This document shows positions 1 through 14,083 of a DNA stretch of 64,000 nt, piece after piece. This stretch comes from Macrostomum lignano (Eukaryota). The notes under the pieces were generated by a model, which was not told the origin of the DNA, searched no databases, and saw only the letters and a list, made by a program, of their open reading frames with translations. Each line of letters starts with the position of its first letter. Position 1 is the first letter of the stretch. Location of the stretch: assembly GCA_002269645.1 (NCBI GenBank), contig NIVC01000262.1, positions 313,412 through 377,411 of the forward strand, in the 5' to 3' direction. The position numbers and the translations under genes were made by a program.

Positions 1-281
1 TCAGGGTCCTCAGGATCATCAGGGTCTTCAGGGTCTTCAGGGTCCTCAGATTCATCAGGGTCTTCAGGGTCCTCAGGATCATCAGGGTCTTCAGGGTCTT
101 CAGGGTTTTCAGGGTCATCAAAGTCTTCAGGGTTTTCAGGGTCAGAAGAGTCTTCCGGATCATCAGGGTCTTCAGGATCATCAGGGTCTTCAGGGTCTTC
201 AGGGTCATCAGGGTCTTCAGGGTCATCAGGGTCTTCAGGATCATCAGGGTCTTCAGGGTCTTCAGAGTCTTCAGGGTCTTC
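1..281. repeat. 9-bp minisatellite (tcagggtct/tcaggatca)
   Basis: Direct reading; lies in a MADD intron. Confidence 0.9.
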
Positions 282-520
282 CAAATAACTATTCGAGTGT
301 AAAAAATGAGTATTCAAATGTAGTATCCCGAGTTACCCCCAGCACGAGTTAAGAATAAACATAATTTAATTAGTCATAATAGTATCTAAGCACAATAAAA
401 TGCATACAGTAGCAACAGGTCGATAAAAAACACAACTTGTAACGTTTATAACAAAAATTTCAATCAATAAATTTCAGGGCTTATTCTGTAAGCTGATTAT
501 CTAAGCAAAACAGCCCTCAC

Positions 521-994
521 CTCGTCCATTGTTGCAATCTGAGTCAGAGCTGCTGCTGCTGACATGGCTTGCTGTTGAAGCTGATGCACAATTTAGATAG
601 CAATTCGATAAAATTCTTAGCTAAAGTACTTCGTTAAAATGTTTTAAAGTGCAAAACCGTATTGATGCAAAGTCATACAAATTACACAATAGAAATTAAT
701 GGGAAACAAACACTGCAGTGTGGCAGCCCCTCACCGCCTCTAATAGCCGGATTCAATGAGCAATTGAGAATTATTTAGCAGGCTAACAACAGGCCTATAC
801 AATTGGGCATGCAATTTTATCCACGGAAACCAAATGCTAATTATTGCCAATAAGCCTTTGATTGTTGAGTTTGAGAACAATGAGAAAATATTGGAATATA
901 TAAGCTAAATTTCTCATAGTGTATTCCCACTAGCATGGATTAATAGTCATCGGCTCTATCGACATCACAGCCAACTGCTTGGCTGACTAACTAT

Positions 995-1072
<78 letters not shown>

Positions 1073-1073
1073 G

Positions 1074-1146
<73 letters not shown>

Positions 1147-1155
1147 TTAACTAAT

Positions 1156-1222
<67 letters not shown>

Positions 1223-1223
1223 A

Positions 1224-1282
<59 letters not shown>

Positions 1283-4200
1283 ATAACTAAATAACTGCTA
1301 ATTGACTAACTCTAGTACCCTCTCACCCATAGACAAGCTCCAAGACTTTAACGCCAGCACCCCCGGCCACTCACCAGTGGGTGCGTCATCCTCGGCGGCA
1401 GCGTCAGCCCCAGGCCCATCGCCAGTCCCAGCTAGCTTCAACCGCAAAGTGCAAGCGCCATCTGGGCGGCAGACTGAGAAGGCCAGCCGCTCCAGCCGCT
1501 GGCTGAACCATTTCGGCTTGTCCCCGATGGCCGCCGGGTCGCTCAAACCCGAGTGAATCCGCTGAAACGCGCTGTTATCCGGGCACAGCGACCATTCGGC
1601 AAAATACTCGACAGCTTGAGTTTTGGCCAAGCGTTTAGTGAAATCCGTCAGCCGTTCGCGCGACTGCACGAAGGCGTCGTATTGAAATGCCACCACCGGA
1701 CGAGGGTGCAGCCTCAGCGTTCTAGTGTGCTCAATGAAACCGCCGAGCACGTTGGGAGAATTGAAAAATCTGACCATAGCAACTCGGGTAGCAACGTCAA
1801 CGGAATCAACGTCGTTTCCGAACACCACTCTACCGGGAGAGGCGAGCGACAATTGAGTTGCCTGATGCTGTTGCTGCTGCATCCAGAATTCTGGGTCTTG
1901 AGACACCACTGAGTCCAGGTTCTTGATTGGCTGAGGCTGCGCCATGCTCATGCTAGCTAGAGCCTGAGGGGAAGTCGGCGAGAGTGGCAATGTACACCCA
2001 ATCTCCCGGCAGAACCTTCCAACTTGTCAGTCATACCCGATGTACACTCACTCTCCCGACAAAACCCTCCCCCTTATCAGCCAGACCCGATGTATACTCA
2101 CTCTCCCGACAAAACCCTCCCCGTTATCAGCCAGACCTGATGTACACTCAGTTTCCACACAAAACCCTCCCCCTTATCAGCCAGACCCGATGTACAATCA
2201 GTTTCCACACAAAACCCTCCCCCTTATCAGCCAGACCTGATGTACACTCAGTTTCCACACAAAACCCTCCCCCTTATCAGCCAGACCCGATGTACAATCA
2301 GTTTCCACACAAAACCCTCCCCCTTATCAGCCAGACCTGATGTACACTCAGTTTCCACACAAAACCCTCCCCCTTATCAGCCAGACCTGATGTACACTCA
2401 GTTTCCACACAAAACCCTCCCCCTTATCAGCCAGACCCGATGTACAATCAGTTTCCACACAAAACCCTCCCCCTTATCAGCCAGACCTGATGTACACTCA
2501 GTTTCCACACAAAACCCTCCCCCTTATCAGCCAGACCCGATGTATACTCACTCTCCCGACAAAACCCTCCCCGTTATCAGCCAGACCTGATGTACACCCA
2601 CTCTCCCGACAAAACCCTCCCCTTCATTAACCAGATCCAATGTGAAACTTCTGCAATTCAATAAAATGCGTTGATTACAACTGCAAGTCACTTAAGCATT
2701 AATAAGGTAAAAAGTACAATGCGTATTCCTAATTCGCCTAGCACCAGTGACTAAAGTGAATAATCCAAAATACGAACGAAAACACAAGACAAATTTTTGT
2801 TAAAATTCAATTTCCGGCACAAAATCTGACACACGGTACAAAACAGGTGACCAAGGATGCAAATGAAACGGCAGGTATTGAAAATCAATTTTCTTCTTTT
2901 GAATTTTTTCTTTAAACAAACCTGCATCGGAGCTCTTTCTCACAGGTTGTCAGCTCCAATTTCCGATCGTTGATTTATTTTAGTGAAAGGAGAAATTTTT
3001 TACCTGGGCACCTTTACGCAAATAGTCAAGTCAGTAAAGCGTACCGTATTCCATAATAAACAATTGTATACCACGACTTGCACACGCAAAAAAGCCATTC
3101 AATGCAAAAACAGTTTGTGCCATTTTCAGACAAACAAAATGCCCATAACCGTACAAGAAATATAGTAGTATTACCTGAAGGCACTGAAAAAAGTTTTCAA
3201 ACAATATGTAGCTGGTTAGAGAGGACACACAAATCAAGTGCAAGAATCTGGTGTTTAGCTAATTTATTATGCTTAAAAAGGTATGAAGACTGCACTTGAA
3301 TACTTGAAAATAGAGAGATCAGAAGAGTAAGGGGGGGCGGAGAAGGAAGAGGGTGATAAAGAGGGTAAGGGAGAGGGTGTGAGAGAGGGTGATGGAGAGA
3401 GTGATGGAAAGGGTGATAGGGAAGGTGATGGAGCGGGTGATAGAGAGAGTGAGGAATAGGGTTAGGGAGGCGTCAAAGAGGGTGAGGGTGAGGATGAGGG
3501 AAAGGGTGATGGAGAGGGTGAGGGAGAGAGTGATGGAGGATGAGAGGCAGAGGGTGATAGAGTGTGAGCAGAGGCAGAGGGTGATAGAGTGTGAGCAGAG
3601 GCAGAGGGTGATAGAGTGTGAGGAGAGGCAGAGGGTGATAGAGTGTGAGGAGAGGCAGAGGGTGATAGAGTGTGAGGAGAGGCAGAGGGTGAGTAACAGG
3701 AGAAGGTAGGATTATAAGGTGGCAGAGGGACAGAGGCGGGAGATCTGTGACATGGGAGAGAGGTGAAGCAGTGTTGCATTACGCTGCACAGGTCTATCAG
3801 TTCCGCACAGACAAGGCCACAGTGCCTACTACAAGCACAACAGACAACATCGCATAGAGATGCTGGCTGGCTAAAGCCGCTCACCTGTTGCAGGTGGCTC
3901 CTCAGATGAGTTCCTTCCGGTTCGGGCAACGAAGGCAGCGTGGTCATATCCTGGGCGCACACGATCTGCAAGTGACGGATCAGTTAGTCATGACCTGAAG
4001 CTCTTACCATCGAGCGGATATCGAGTGAAGTTATTCACCGAGCACAAAAGTGCATTTGGAACCAACACTCGACTTAAAAATTCGAGAGCTTAAATAAAAA
4101 CTCGAATTTCTCCGAGCTTTTTTTGCTCCAATTCTCTGGGGTCGATGAGGACTCGAAAAGCGAATTTCCATCCACTTGCAAATTCTGCGCAAACATTGAC

Positions 4201-5197
4201 AGGAGGCAGGCAGACATCAAATCCCAAAGGGGGGGATCCCATGGCCTGACAGAATTCTCCAAATTTTGTTGAGAGAACTGAACATTTTGCTGAAATTGAA
4301 ATTCTATTCAAATGGGAGCCGGGAAATCAACGACTCTAAATGAATTTTCACTCCGCAATGTCACTCAATGTTCACTCTGCAACCTCACTCGATTTTCACT
4401 CCGCAATCTCACTCGATTGTCACTCTGCAATGCCACTCGATTTTCACCCCTAAATTCCATTCTATGTTCACTCTGCAATCTTACTCGAATTTCACTCTGA
4501 AATCTCATTTTTTTTTCACTCTGCAATCTCACTCGATTTTCACTCCACAATCTCACTCGATTTTCGCTCCGCAATTTAAATCGATTTTCACTCCGCAATC
4601 TCACTCGATTGTCACTCCCAAATCTCACTCGATTTTCACTCCGCAATCTCACTCGATTCTCACTCTGCAATATCACTCGATTCTCACTCTTAAATCTCAC
4701 TCGATTTCACATACCATTCTTACAATTTTATTCCATTCTCACACAGATCTCACTGTTTTCTCCGTGTTATAGTCCAAATTTCACTCTATTCTCACCCAAT
4801 TTAGATTATTTTTCCCGATTCCAAAAGTGCACTAAATTCTCCGCAATGTCGCTCTACCCATTTGAATAATCACTCTCTATACCAACACAGCCGCAGTCCA
4901 AGCTCCTCGTAAATTAATATTTATTACTGCAGACCCAGGAAGTCAGCTGCCACAATTCGCTTCTCTTCAAGCCAGTTTTTTAGTCGATTTTTTAGCTAGA
5001 TAAAGAAATTCTGTTTTTGGACGATCCTAAATTATTGCTGCTCCTTTTATAGTAAGAAAGAGACTCATACAGAATCTGTACTTTCGAGTCTGCTAACAAT
5101 GAAAGATTGGGTAAAGAGAGATAGAAGCATGAATAAATATTCAGAAAAATAGAAGGGAGATGCATACGAAAGAAGAGACTAACTTTCACATTGCAGA

Positions 5198-5234
<37 letters not shown>

Positions 5235-6789
5235 GGAGAAAGATGAGAGGAGGGAGATGGGGTGGGAAAATGGAGATGAGATGAGAAAATGGAGATGAGA
5301 TGAGAACAGGAAGACAAAATGAGATGAGAGAAGAGAGATGAGATGAGAACAAGGAGATGAAATGAGAAAGGAGATGAATTAGAAAAAGGGAGATGAGAAG
5401 AGAATGAAATAAGATGATATGAGATAAGAAAAAGTAGATAGATGAGAACAAGGAGATAAGATAAGACGAGGGATATATTTGTAACATGAAAATATGGATA
5501 TAGGAATACAGAGATCGGAAAAGGGGAGAGAAAATACGAGAGGGAGAGAAGAAGAAAAAAGGAGCAGAAAGACGACACCATATAGTATATATTTATAATA
5601 AATATAACCATATACTCGTAGCTATATATACCGTAGATTAGCATCAATAAAAGCTAGCAAGTTTTTAGGCCTAGAGTGCACTCTTATGACAGACTGGCTA
5701 CACAGAACAGCTCAATGTGTATCAAATTTACACAAACGAACCAGTCTGCTGAAAAGTGAAATATATTTTATATGCTCTTGACAGGCGCTACTCGACTCGA
5801 GATCCCGAGGGGAGGGGGTTGGGGCTGAGTCCCATCTGTGGAACTGTTCGAGACTGAAAAGAGAAACTTCAGGCGCACAGGACTAACACCCACGCTAATC
5901 CTCTTCGTGACCGATTTCCGTGAGAACATTGAGCACGGCTGACTGAGCAATTTCCATTTAAATAACACACAGCTGGTAAAAGGCGCACGACAGCTCTGTA
6001 CAGATGTGAGACTAATGTTGCAGTGATTTAGTGGAAGGCTACAGGTGTCCCAGCAACTGACACTCTGGGAGACTGGCCCAGCAACTGAGGATCTGGGAGG
6101 CTGGTGGCCCAGCAACTGAGGATCTGGGAGGCTGGTGGCCCAGCAACTGAGGATCTGGGAGGCTGTTGGCCCAGCAACTGAGGATCTGGGAGGCTGTTGG
6201 CCCAGCAACTGAGGATCTGGGAGGCTGTTGGCCCAGCAACTGAGGATCTGGGAGGCTGGCCTCAACGCACACCAACCTTATTAGCATCCAAGTCCACCAG
6301 CCAGACATCAGACGGCAGGCAGAAGTTCTTCTTGTACAGCAGGAAGCTCGCGGGCACGCCGATGATGTAGGGAGTTGGCGCCAGCAGCAGCTGCTCAGCG
6401 GAGGCCATGCAGGTGGGCAGCAGGGGGATCACGGGAAACATGTACTGCATAGGGTACAGCATGGCTACAAAGGCCAAAACGCTCATTGTCAAGGCGTTCT
6501 CGTCCCTCGATTGTATGAGTACTTTGTTCTCCAACAGAATGCAGGTGAGAACCTGTAATTTGCAAATGAAAATTGATGCTTCATTAGGGAAGCTGCGAAC
6601 AATGGAATCAAAATTATCGCAGCTGTGCCAGGCTTACCTGCAGGCAGGTGTCTACGCCCAGCAGCTCCAGAGGCAGGTGCAGGGGGAAATCTGCCAGGGA
6701 CAGGCGGCTGCGGTCGGGCAGGGCGAACAGGAGAGGCGGGTAGTCTGACTCTGGCAGCACCGTGAGCTGGAATGGGGACGGAGTCCATG

Positions 6790-6822
<33 letters not shown>

Positions 6823-6888
6823 CTAAGACAGACAGCCAGACAGACAGACAGACAGACAGGCAGACAGACAGGCAGACAGACAGACACT

Positions 6889-6948
<60 letters not shown>

Positions 6949-6949
6949 C

Positions 6950-6984
<35 letters not shown>

Positions 6985-6995
6985 CACAGACAGAA

Positions 6996-7040
<45 letters not shown>

Positions 7041-7043
7041 CTA

Positions 7044-7136
<93 letters not shown>

Positions 7137-7179
7137 CACAGACACACAGACACACAGACAGACAGACAGACAAACAGGC

Positions 7180-7212
<33 letters not shown>

Positions 7213-7275
7213 GGCAGACAGACAGACACTGACAGACAGACAGACAGACAGACACACAGACAGACAGACAGACAC

Positions 7276-7328
<53 letters not shown>

Positions 7329-7377
7329 GGGACAGACAGACAGAGGGACAGACAGACAGACAGACAGACAGACAGGC

Positions 7378-7414
<37 letters not shown>

Positions 7415-7480
7415 CTAAGACAGACAGCCAGACAGACAGACAGACAGACAGGCAGACAGACAGGCAGACAGACAGACACT

Positions 7481-7555
<75 letters not shown>

Positions 7556-7557
7556 CC

Positions 7558-7590
<33 letters not shown>

Positions 7591-7613
7591 GGGACAGACA
7601 GACAGACAGACAC

Positions 7614-7656
<43 letters not shown>

Positions 7657-7657
7657 C

Positions 7658-7712
<55 letters not shown>

Positions 7713-7715
7713 GGC

Positions 7716-7756
<41 letters not shown>

Positions 7757-9012
7757 CAGACAGACAAACAGACAGACAGACACTAAGACAGACAGACAGA
7801 CAGACAGACCTGCAGTTTGGTGCGGCCAGGCACGGGCACGGGAGCGCTGAGCAGTCTGAGTATCCAGGTTTCAATCTCGCGAACGTCTCGAAGAATCATC
7901 GCGCTCGAACAGTCGGGATGCAGCCCGGTCAGCACCGACCAGACAGTCTCCCTGCGGATTGTCAAAGGGGGATTGGCGATTAGGCATTAGTGGACTCAAA
8001 ATAAAAAAATTGAATTTTGTGGATGAAACCAAAAAGTTCGGAATTGGATAGCAGATTAGAGATTGGAATTGGGATTAAGGATTAGCGGACACTCTGGAGG
8101 ATTAGAGATTTGGGATTAGAGAATAGCGGACAGACTAGAGGATTAGAGATTCAGGATTAGAGATTCAGGATTAGAGATTAGCGGACATACTGAAGGATTA
8201 GAGATTCAAGATTATAGATTAACGGACACACTAAAGGATTAGAGATTCAGGATTAGGGATTAGCGGATACACTAGAGGATTAGAGATTTGGGATTAGGGA
8301 TTAGCGGGGACACTGGAGGATTAGGGATTTGGAATTGGGGATTAGCGGACAGAGGATTAGAGATTCAGGATTAGAGATTAACGGACACACTGGAGGATTA
8401 AAGATTTGGGATTAGGGATTAGCGGATACATTGGAGGCCACCATCATTAACAGCTCACCTATTAGCCGATCTTGCTGATGAAGAGGCGCACCTGTCATTG
8501 CAGCAGTCAATAATCTTTCGAAGCACTTGAAGACATTCGCGAAATTTGGAAAAGAATGGATGATGACTAACAATGCACAGGCTGGTTAGCAAGTGGTTGC
8601 GCAATCGTTGAGGCCTGCGCCTTGGCTGCTGTGGCTGATGCTGGTCAGAGGACAGACTGCCCGTCCCCCCGGCTGACTCCACGGCCACCCATCGCTTGTC
8701 AATTGTCCGATAAAAGTTCAAGCAGATGCCGTAGCGAACCAAGCCAGAATCTTTCTCAGTCAGGGTGAAGACGAAGGTGCTGCTGTCGCGAACTCCTGTG
8801 CGTCGGCGACGGCCGAGGGCCAGACAGCCCTCCGGCTGGCAGAAGAAGGCCACGTCGGGTGGCAGGCTGAAGTCGCGGTGATCTGTGGGGGGATATCGGC
8901 GCAAAATATCGGGAGTCTGGCTGACCGAGGTCTGCCTCGCCGGCGGAAGACGCGCGCCGATCAAAACCACGTAGTCGAGCAGGCGCGGGCAGAGAGGCTT
9001 CTCCGCCGACAT
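521..9012 (-). CDS. MADD: MADD/AEX-3-like DENN-domain Rab3/Rab27 GEF, 5' part (continues beyond window start)
   Basis: Exons (-): 9012-8459, 7951-7810, 6766-6638, 6552-6277, 3965-3885, 1963-1375, plus a weaker candidate 580-521. All are GT-AG with matching phases. Translation carries MADD hallmarks: [14 protein letters not shown]...[62 protein letters not shown]...[43 protein letters not shown]. Confidence 0.93.
985..1296. repeat. (CTAA)n microsatellite
   Basis: About 310 bp, nearly perfect. Confidence 0.97.
2030..2630. repeat. 50-bp tandem repeat, about 12 copies
   Basis: Unit gatgtacactcagtttccacacaaaaccctcccccttatcagccagacc(c/t). Confidence 0.93.
3320..3710. repeat. Purine-rich low complexity ending in a 27-bp tandem repeat
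   Basis: Unit gagcagaggcagagggtgatagagtgt. Confidence 0.85.
4340..4710. repeat. 24-bp minisatellite
   Basis: Unit ttttcactccgcaatctcactcga. Confidence 0.9.
5195..5560. repeat. GA-rich low complexity with (GA)n
   Basis: Direct reading. Confidence 0.8.
6050..6260 (-). repeat. 31-bp minisatellite, CAGATCCTCAGTTGCTGGG family
   Basis: Reverse complement unit cagcctcccagatcctcagttgctgggcc(ac/aa); in MADD intron 4. Confidence 0.92.
6790..7809. repeat. (GACA)n microsatellite, about 1 kb, filling MADD intron 2
   Basis: Direct reading; source of the CLSV/RQTD pseudo-ORFs. Confidence 0.97.
8050..8430. repeat. Degenerate GATTAG-based tandem repeat in MADD intron 1
   Basis: Recurrent ggattagagattcaggattagagattagcggacacactgga-like units. 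Confidence 0.8.
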
Positions 9013-12000
9013 CTTCTATTTCACAAACGTTTGAGCTTTATTCAAATTGGCGCACTTTTTGTTTGTTATAATGATTGTCGTTTGGCTCTGTGGAGATATC
9101 ATATGATTAGACATTGTTTTAAAAAGTGTTTCTGAACAACTAGATGATATCATGATGGGTTCTTAGCATAAAATTTTTAATTTGGTTGTATAATATGAAC
9201 AAATTCTGCTATAAAACTTGTATGAATTTGTTAATTCAAGGATAAGGTAACTTTTTGCCATAAGCACTGGATAGAAAACCCAAAGTATGACTACAGGTTG
9301 GAGAAAGGGGGTGAGGGAATAAAGAAGAAAAGAGGAGAGAGGAGAAAGGAAATTAGAGATGAGAGAGAAAAGCACTAAAAAGAGATATACACATTAATTG
9401 GGCTATATTGCTTTTTAAAGTTTTAAAAGACCTGTCAACTCTTAGGTTAAATGCTTACATTATTAGTGATTAGTCTATATTTTGGCTAAAACTTATTTGA
9501 TAGGCTTGTAGTGCTGTATAGGCTATAGCTTTGCTTTATAAAATATGAAATATCAGTGTAACAGCAAAAAAATAGTTTTATATAATGAGGGCATTTTGAC
9601 ATTGCTATATAATCTATAATAATACAAAACCTATATAAATAGACTAGGTTCTATAAGTTATAATTTTATAAGCTATATAAAAATTCATTTTCATTGTGGC
9701 AACTTGAACTGTAACCCTCTTTTATACCAAATTTTATATTATGTTTTAAAGCTAAATACTAAATATTTTAATAATTTTATCATAGTAATTATAATTATAT
9801 TAAGTAATGACTACATTCTACAATTTTATTAATATAAACACAATTTTTTACACACAAATTTAGCTTCTTATTGCCTTAAGCTTATTTTACCAACTTTCCA
9901 GTTTATTTTGATAGTATTTTTGTATTGTATGTCTTTATAGTATAAAGAGATTAAATTTATATATTTTGCATAAAGAATTATATGCTTTATTCTACTTTTA
10001 AGGACCAAGTATGATTTTTAAAAGACATTTAAATAGACTATATTTTCACAAAGTCGTTTTATGCCATTATCATAATTTCAAAAAAATAAGTATTATATTT
10101 TTGAACATTGACACTCACAATCATACTGCGCTAAAAATATGTTTGGCTTCTACTTTCATATATATTTAAAAGCATTAAACGTGGAATATACTTTGCTTTC
10201 ACTTTCACAATAGCAATTTAGATTTTAAACCATAGTCTATGTTATTAATATAAGAAGGCGCCTATCGACATGCAATTTTAGTTTCAGGATAAGAATTATG
10301 ATTTAGATAGAACATTAGGAGATGATGTGTCTAGGAAATGTTTATTAGCTTTTAATGTCAAAAGTTAACACGATAAACGATGCTACAAAATATTAATCTA
10401 ATCAGTGTTTAGGTTTTTTGTTAAATAGCTAGTCTTTTTCTTTATTTATCTTGAATTTTAAAAATATAAAGTAAGAAACTTAGGTAATTAATAAATTTGT
10501 TTTAAACTACAAACTTTTATTACTACCGGAGTTCTCTTTTTCTGCTAGAGATACTCGTTCACTTAAATCCTTAAGAAACTTTTTTCCATCGTTATATATT
10601 CACTCGTTAAGTAATAGATCTTTGGCTTCGCTTTGTGGTTTCCATCATTAAAATGTAAATTTAAATGTATAGTGAGTATGTACATGTACAGCTAGCTATA
10701 TAATAGTATATTTTTTAGTTCGACAATATACATTGTGTTTTATATTGTCAAAGTTACATATGTGTAACTTTGCGTTCTTAAACAGTGACACTGCAGTGAG
10801 CCACGTTTTCCGAGAAGATTCAAAGGTCCACATGGTATAGGTATTGATGAGGACGCACTTTTTTTCAAATCCCGCGCTAGCACTGGGCTCTAAACTTACT
10901 AGCCTATACTAACAGTGGGCAATGGGCATTTTTATCTTTTTTTCTGCAAATTGTCATAGAATCTATACTAGATATAATGTTTGGTCATACTAGTAGTCAT
11001 AATAACATAGGCGCAGCTTTTTGGGTCATAAATCATCGCTTTCGAAGCTGGTCTGACAGCCACCTGCTGCGCCTCACTCAGTGTTGAAGCGGGCGCCAGA
11101 TGGTCTGAGAGGATGCGGGCGGTAGCTTTTTTCTCATCATTTTGACAGGCCATCAAGATTTATGAGGTCAGAGCCTATTGTTCGGGTTCACTCAAGCGTG
11201 TGACAGCTAGCTTTGACAGCTATGCATTTTACCCCTAAAAATACTTTGGGATTAGCGATTAGTGATTTCTCTTCATTATCTTCTCTTTCTATTTAATAAG
11301 AGCTTTCTAATGTATATTTTTCCATTTTTTGTCAATTCTACGCGAAAAGTCATAAATCATTTTGTTGCGATTTTGATTGATTTATGACAGCACCTGTCAT
11401 GTTTTTACGACCCCGAGGGAACTGATAGGATCTCCCGGTCACGTGATTCTGGGTAGCAACAAGTTTAGCCAATCAGAAAATTCGACGCTCATTTTAACAA
11501 ATCGGCTCAGCCAATCAGAATCGACGTGTTCCATTATAACAAACTGCGGTCCAGTTGGCGGCTATTTAAGCCGGTGTTTTTGGCCCGCTCGGACCAACTC
11601 CCCTGGGAACTTAGCCTAGATTGAGACATCCCGGAGCGCGACCGTTGTTTCTTGATCCCCGGATTGCGACTTCCCCCATCATCATCAAGGACAAGTCCCC
11701 CCCCGGTCATCAGCAGCTAACATCAAAGTTAAGAGCATCACCTGCTAGCTATCTGCGAAGACCGTGACATCAGCACCGGCCATCCCGGGTCTACAGCTGC
11801 GAAGCACTAAGCCGATTCAGTCACTGTGTATTACCTGGTCTCCGGCTGTTGAGTTTCTGATTGGTTGGGTGAGAGGCTGCCTAGACTTGCTTGATTGGGT
11901 GATTCCTTATCTGTCCCCTGTTTCAGTAGCTGGATTAGGCGCACACTTTTGCTCTTTTTGTTCAGTAGTGCTGTTGCTGAGGCAGAAATCATTCAATAAT

Positions 12001-13884
12001 ACTGCTAGTAGTCTAGAACTCCAATTCAATCTGAAGTGTGAAGTGATTTGAGGAGAAGGTTAAATCTACAGTTATTTTTAGCGGTTTTATTTATTTGTTC
12101 GCCGATGGCTCAGATGAGTAGCTAAGCTAGTAGGCGCCGGTCACAGTGGACCAATGGCAAGGCAGATCTCAGTCGATCAATCTATCAAATCAGTGAGAAA
12201 ATCAGCCAGTAGTGCAGAATCGGCGCCAGAGATGTACTTTGTGCACTCTAGGTTCGCCAAGCGGCTCGGGTAAATGAATCATGCGGTCTCTGAAGTTCGA
12301 GTTAGCCTATTATCAGCGCTATGAGAGGCTAGTTGGCGCGTTGAAGGCTAAAAGTACAATTCTTCGTATTTAGCAATGTAATAGTACATGTAGCTACCCC
12401 ATAGACTCGCCACTGCAAGAATCCCCTGCACAAGTCCCCTCTGTACCTGCATGACCAATGCGATCTAGTCCCAGCAGTGTCCCTTATTATCGGCTATGAC
12501 TTCGAGATTGACATCAAAAAGACACTGGTTGGCAGGTAAGTGCAAAGCCCGTTCTAGTCGGAAGCCCGATTTCGAGAGTCCCGGTGTGGTGTGTCAGGAC
12601 GCACGGGCTGGTGGCAGCGAGTTAGCTCAGTCTGCGGATTAACTGATCTCTACCTTCAAAATTCTCCCTGCTTGTCTCTCGCTGTCCCTCTCTTAGCTAT
12701 AGGACCTAGACTGCTCGCCACACGATCAAGCTACCATGGGGCTGACCATCTGACAGGAGTGGGGGGCCAGGACTCTAATTGATTTATTTCTGAGGCCTGA
12801 GGCCCGAAGGCTTCTCCACAAGGGGGCCCGAAGGTTGAAACCCATCAGTATATTGTACGACAAAATCAACAAAAGTGACTCTACTAGTCCTAGTTTACTG
12901 CAATAATGCGCATTCAGTGGAAGTCGGTAAAAAGTTTGAGCGAAGCCGCCGTGCTTGTCTCTCGCTTACTAAAAAATAAATGCTAGGAAGCAGCACAAGA
13001 TGCCCACAGTATCTCTGTCTCTTAGATGCATGGGCGCTCCTCTCTCACTTAGGTGGAGTCCCGGTCTCCTATATGGGCGTCAATCATGTCTCATGATAAT
13101 TATGCAGATCGCTTTTCGATTAGTGGGACAGTGAATCACTTGACAATCATTTGAGCCTGTTTGCCGATCACGTTTCGTTTCTAGCAGCGAGACGCACGAC
13201 AGGTGCCAGATGCACCCCTCAAACCTACATGTACAGAAATTTAATAGCACATGTAACTGCAATAAATGTTTAACAACGTCGCCAACTAACCTCAGTAAGC
13301 CCCATGAAGCTTTTGTTACTTGGAAAGTGGTTCTTAGGGAACTTTGCACTTGTAGGGAAATCAATTTACAATGGAAGCAGCTGGATTGAAGCGAATTTTC
13401 CATCATCAATTTTAGCAAGAGGCCGGGTCACGCCTAATATTGACAATAAACAAAGGATCACCAGGAGAGTGAATGATTAATTGCTTCTTGTTTCCATTGG
13501 CAACGGCAATGCCGTTGTCAGTGTAGAAACGGATACAATTTCCACACAGTAAGTCTTTTAAGGGCAAAGTCTCCACCAATTGCAATTATGAAGAGATAAA
13601 AAGCTTGCAATGCTGTGCAAACATGCCCTCAATTAGCGTTATTGTCAGTGCAATTTGCTCGCTTTGTTCTGTTAATAATCATGCAGAATATCGCTACATC
13701 CAGAAAAACAAGGGTGCATCGCGTTCTTGGTGGGTTAATTTTGGTTACTGCGTGGGTTAACGATGTCCTGCTGTCGAGGGCGCCCAGCGACAACTTGATA
13801 AGCTGGTTAGCGTTGCCGGGAGTGTTGGCCTGGGTGGTCAACGTGCAGAGACCGTCGTGCGCCTGTGTGCTGGACGAAGTCAAG

Positions 13885-14083
13885 GCAAGGACCACTAGGA
13901 ACACTTCGTTATAGAAGAACGTTTCACTCTCGATTCGTGTAAAATATTAGAAGGCCGATTTTTGTTGTCGCAAGGACCACTAGGAGCACTTCGTTATAGA
14001 AGGACGTTTCACTCTCGATTCGTGTAAAATAGTAGAAGGCCGATTTTTGTTGTCGCAAGAACCACTAGGAACACTTCGTTATA
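13885..14083. repeat. 85-bp tandem duplication, about 2.3 copies
   Basis: gcaag(g/a)accactagg restarts at 13885, 13970 and 14055. Confidence 0.9.

Noticed and set aside
6489-7874. Long Cys/Leu/Ser/Val ORFs (CLSV, RQTD repeats)
   Set aside because: Stop-free translations of the (GACA)n microsatellite in MADD intron 2.
10840-10900. TGATGAG as a hammerhead ribozyme core (also CTGATGA near 28018)
   Set aside because: No stem II followed by GAAA; core incomplete.
11395-12071. Possible solo LTR (TG...CA, CCAAT boxes, TATTTAAG)
   Set aside because: No matching target-site duplication and no second copy; cannot be supported.
12592-12755. TGTCAG...CTGACA-bounded 164-bp segment as a solo LTR
   Set aside because: Only a 6-bp inverted end and an imperfect flank match (ggtg/ggag); compatible with chance.
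13080-13914. Short ORFs and broken protein-like frames on the minus strand
   Set aside because: No recognisable family motif; stops and frame changes.
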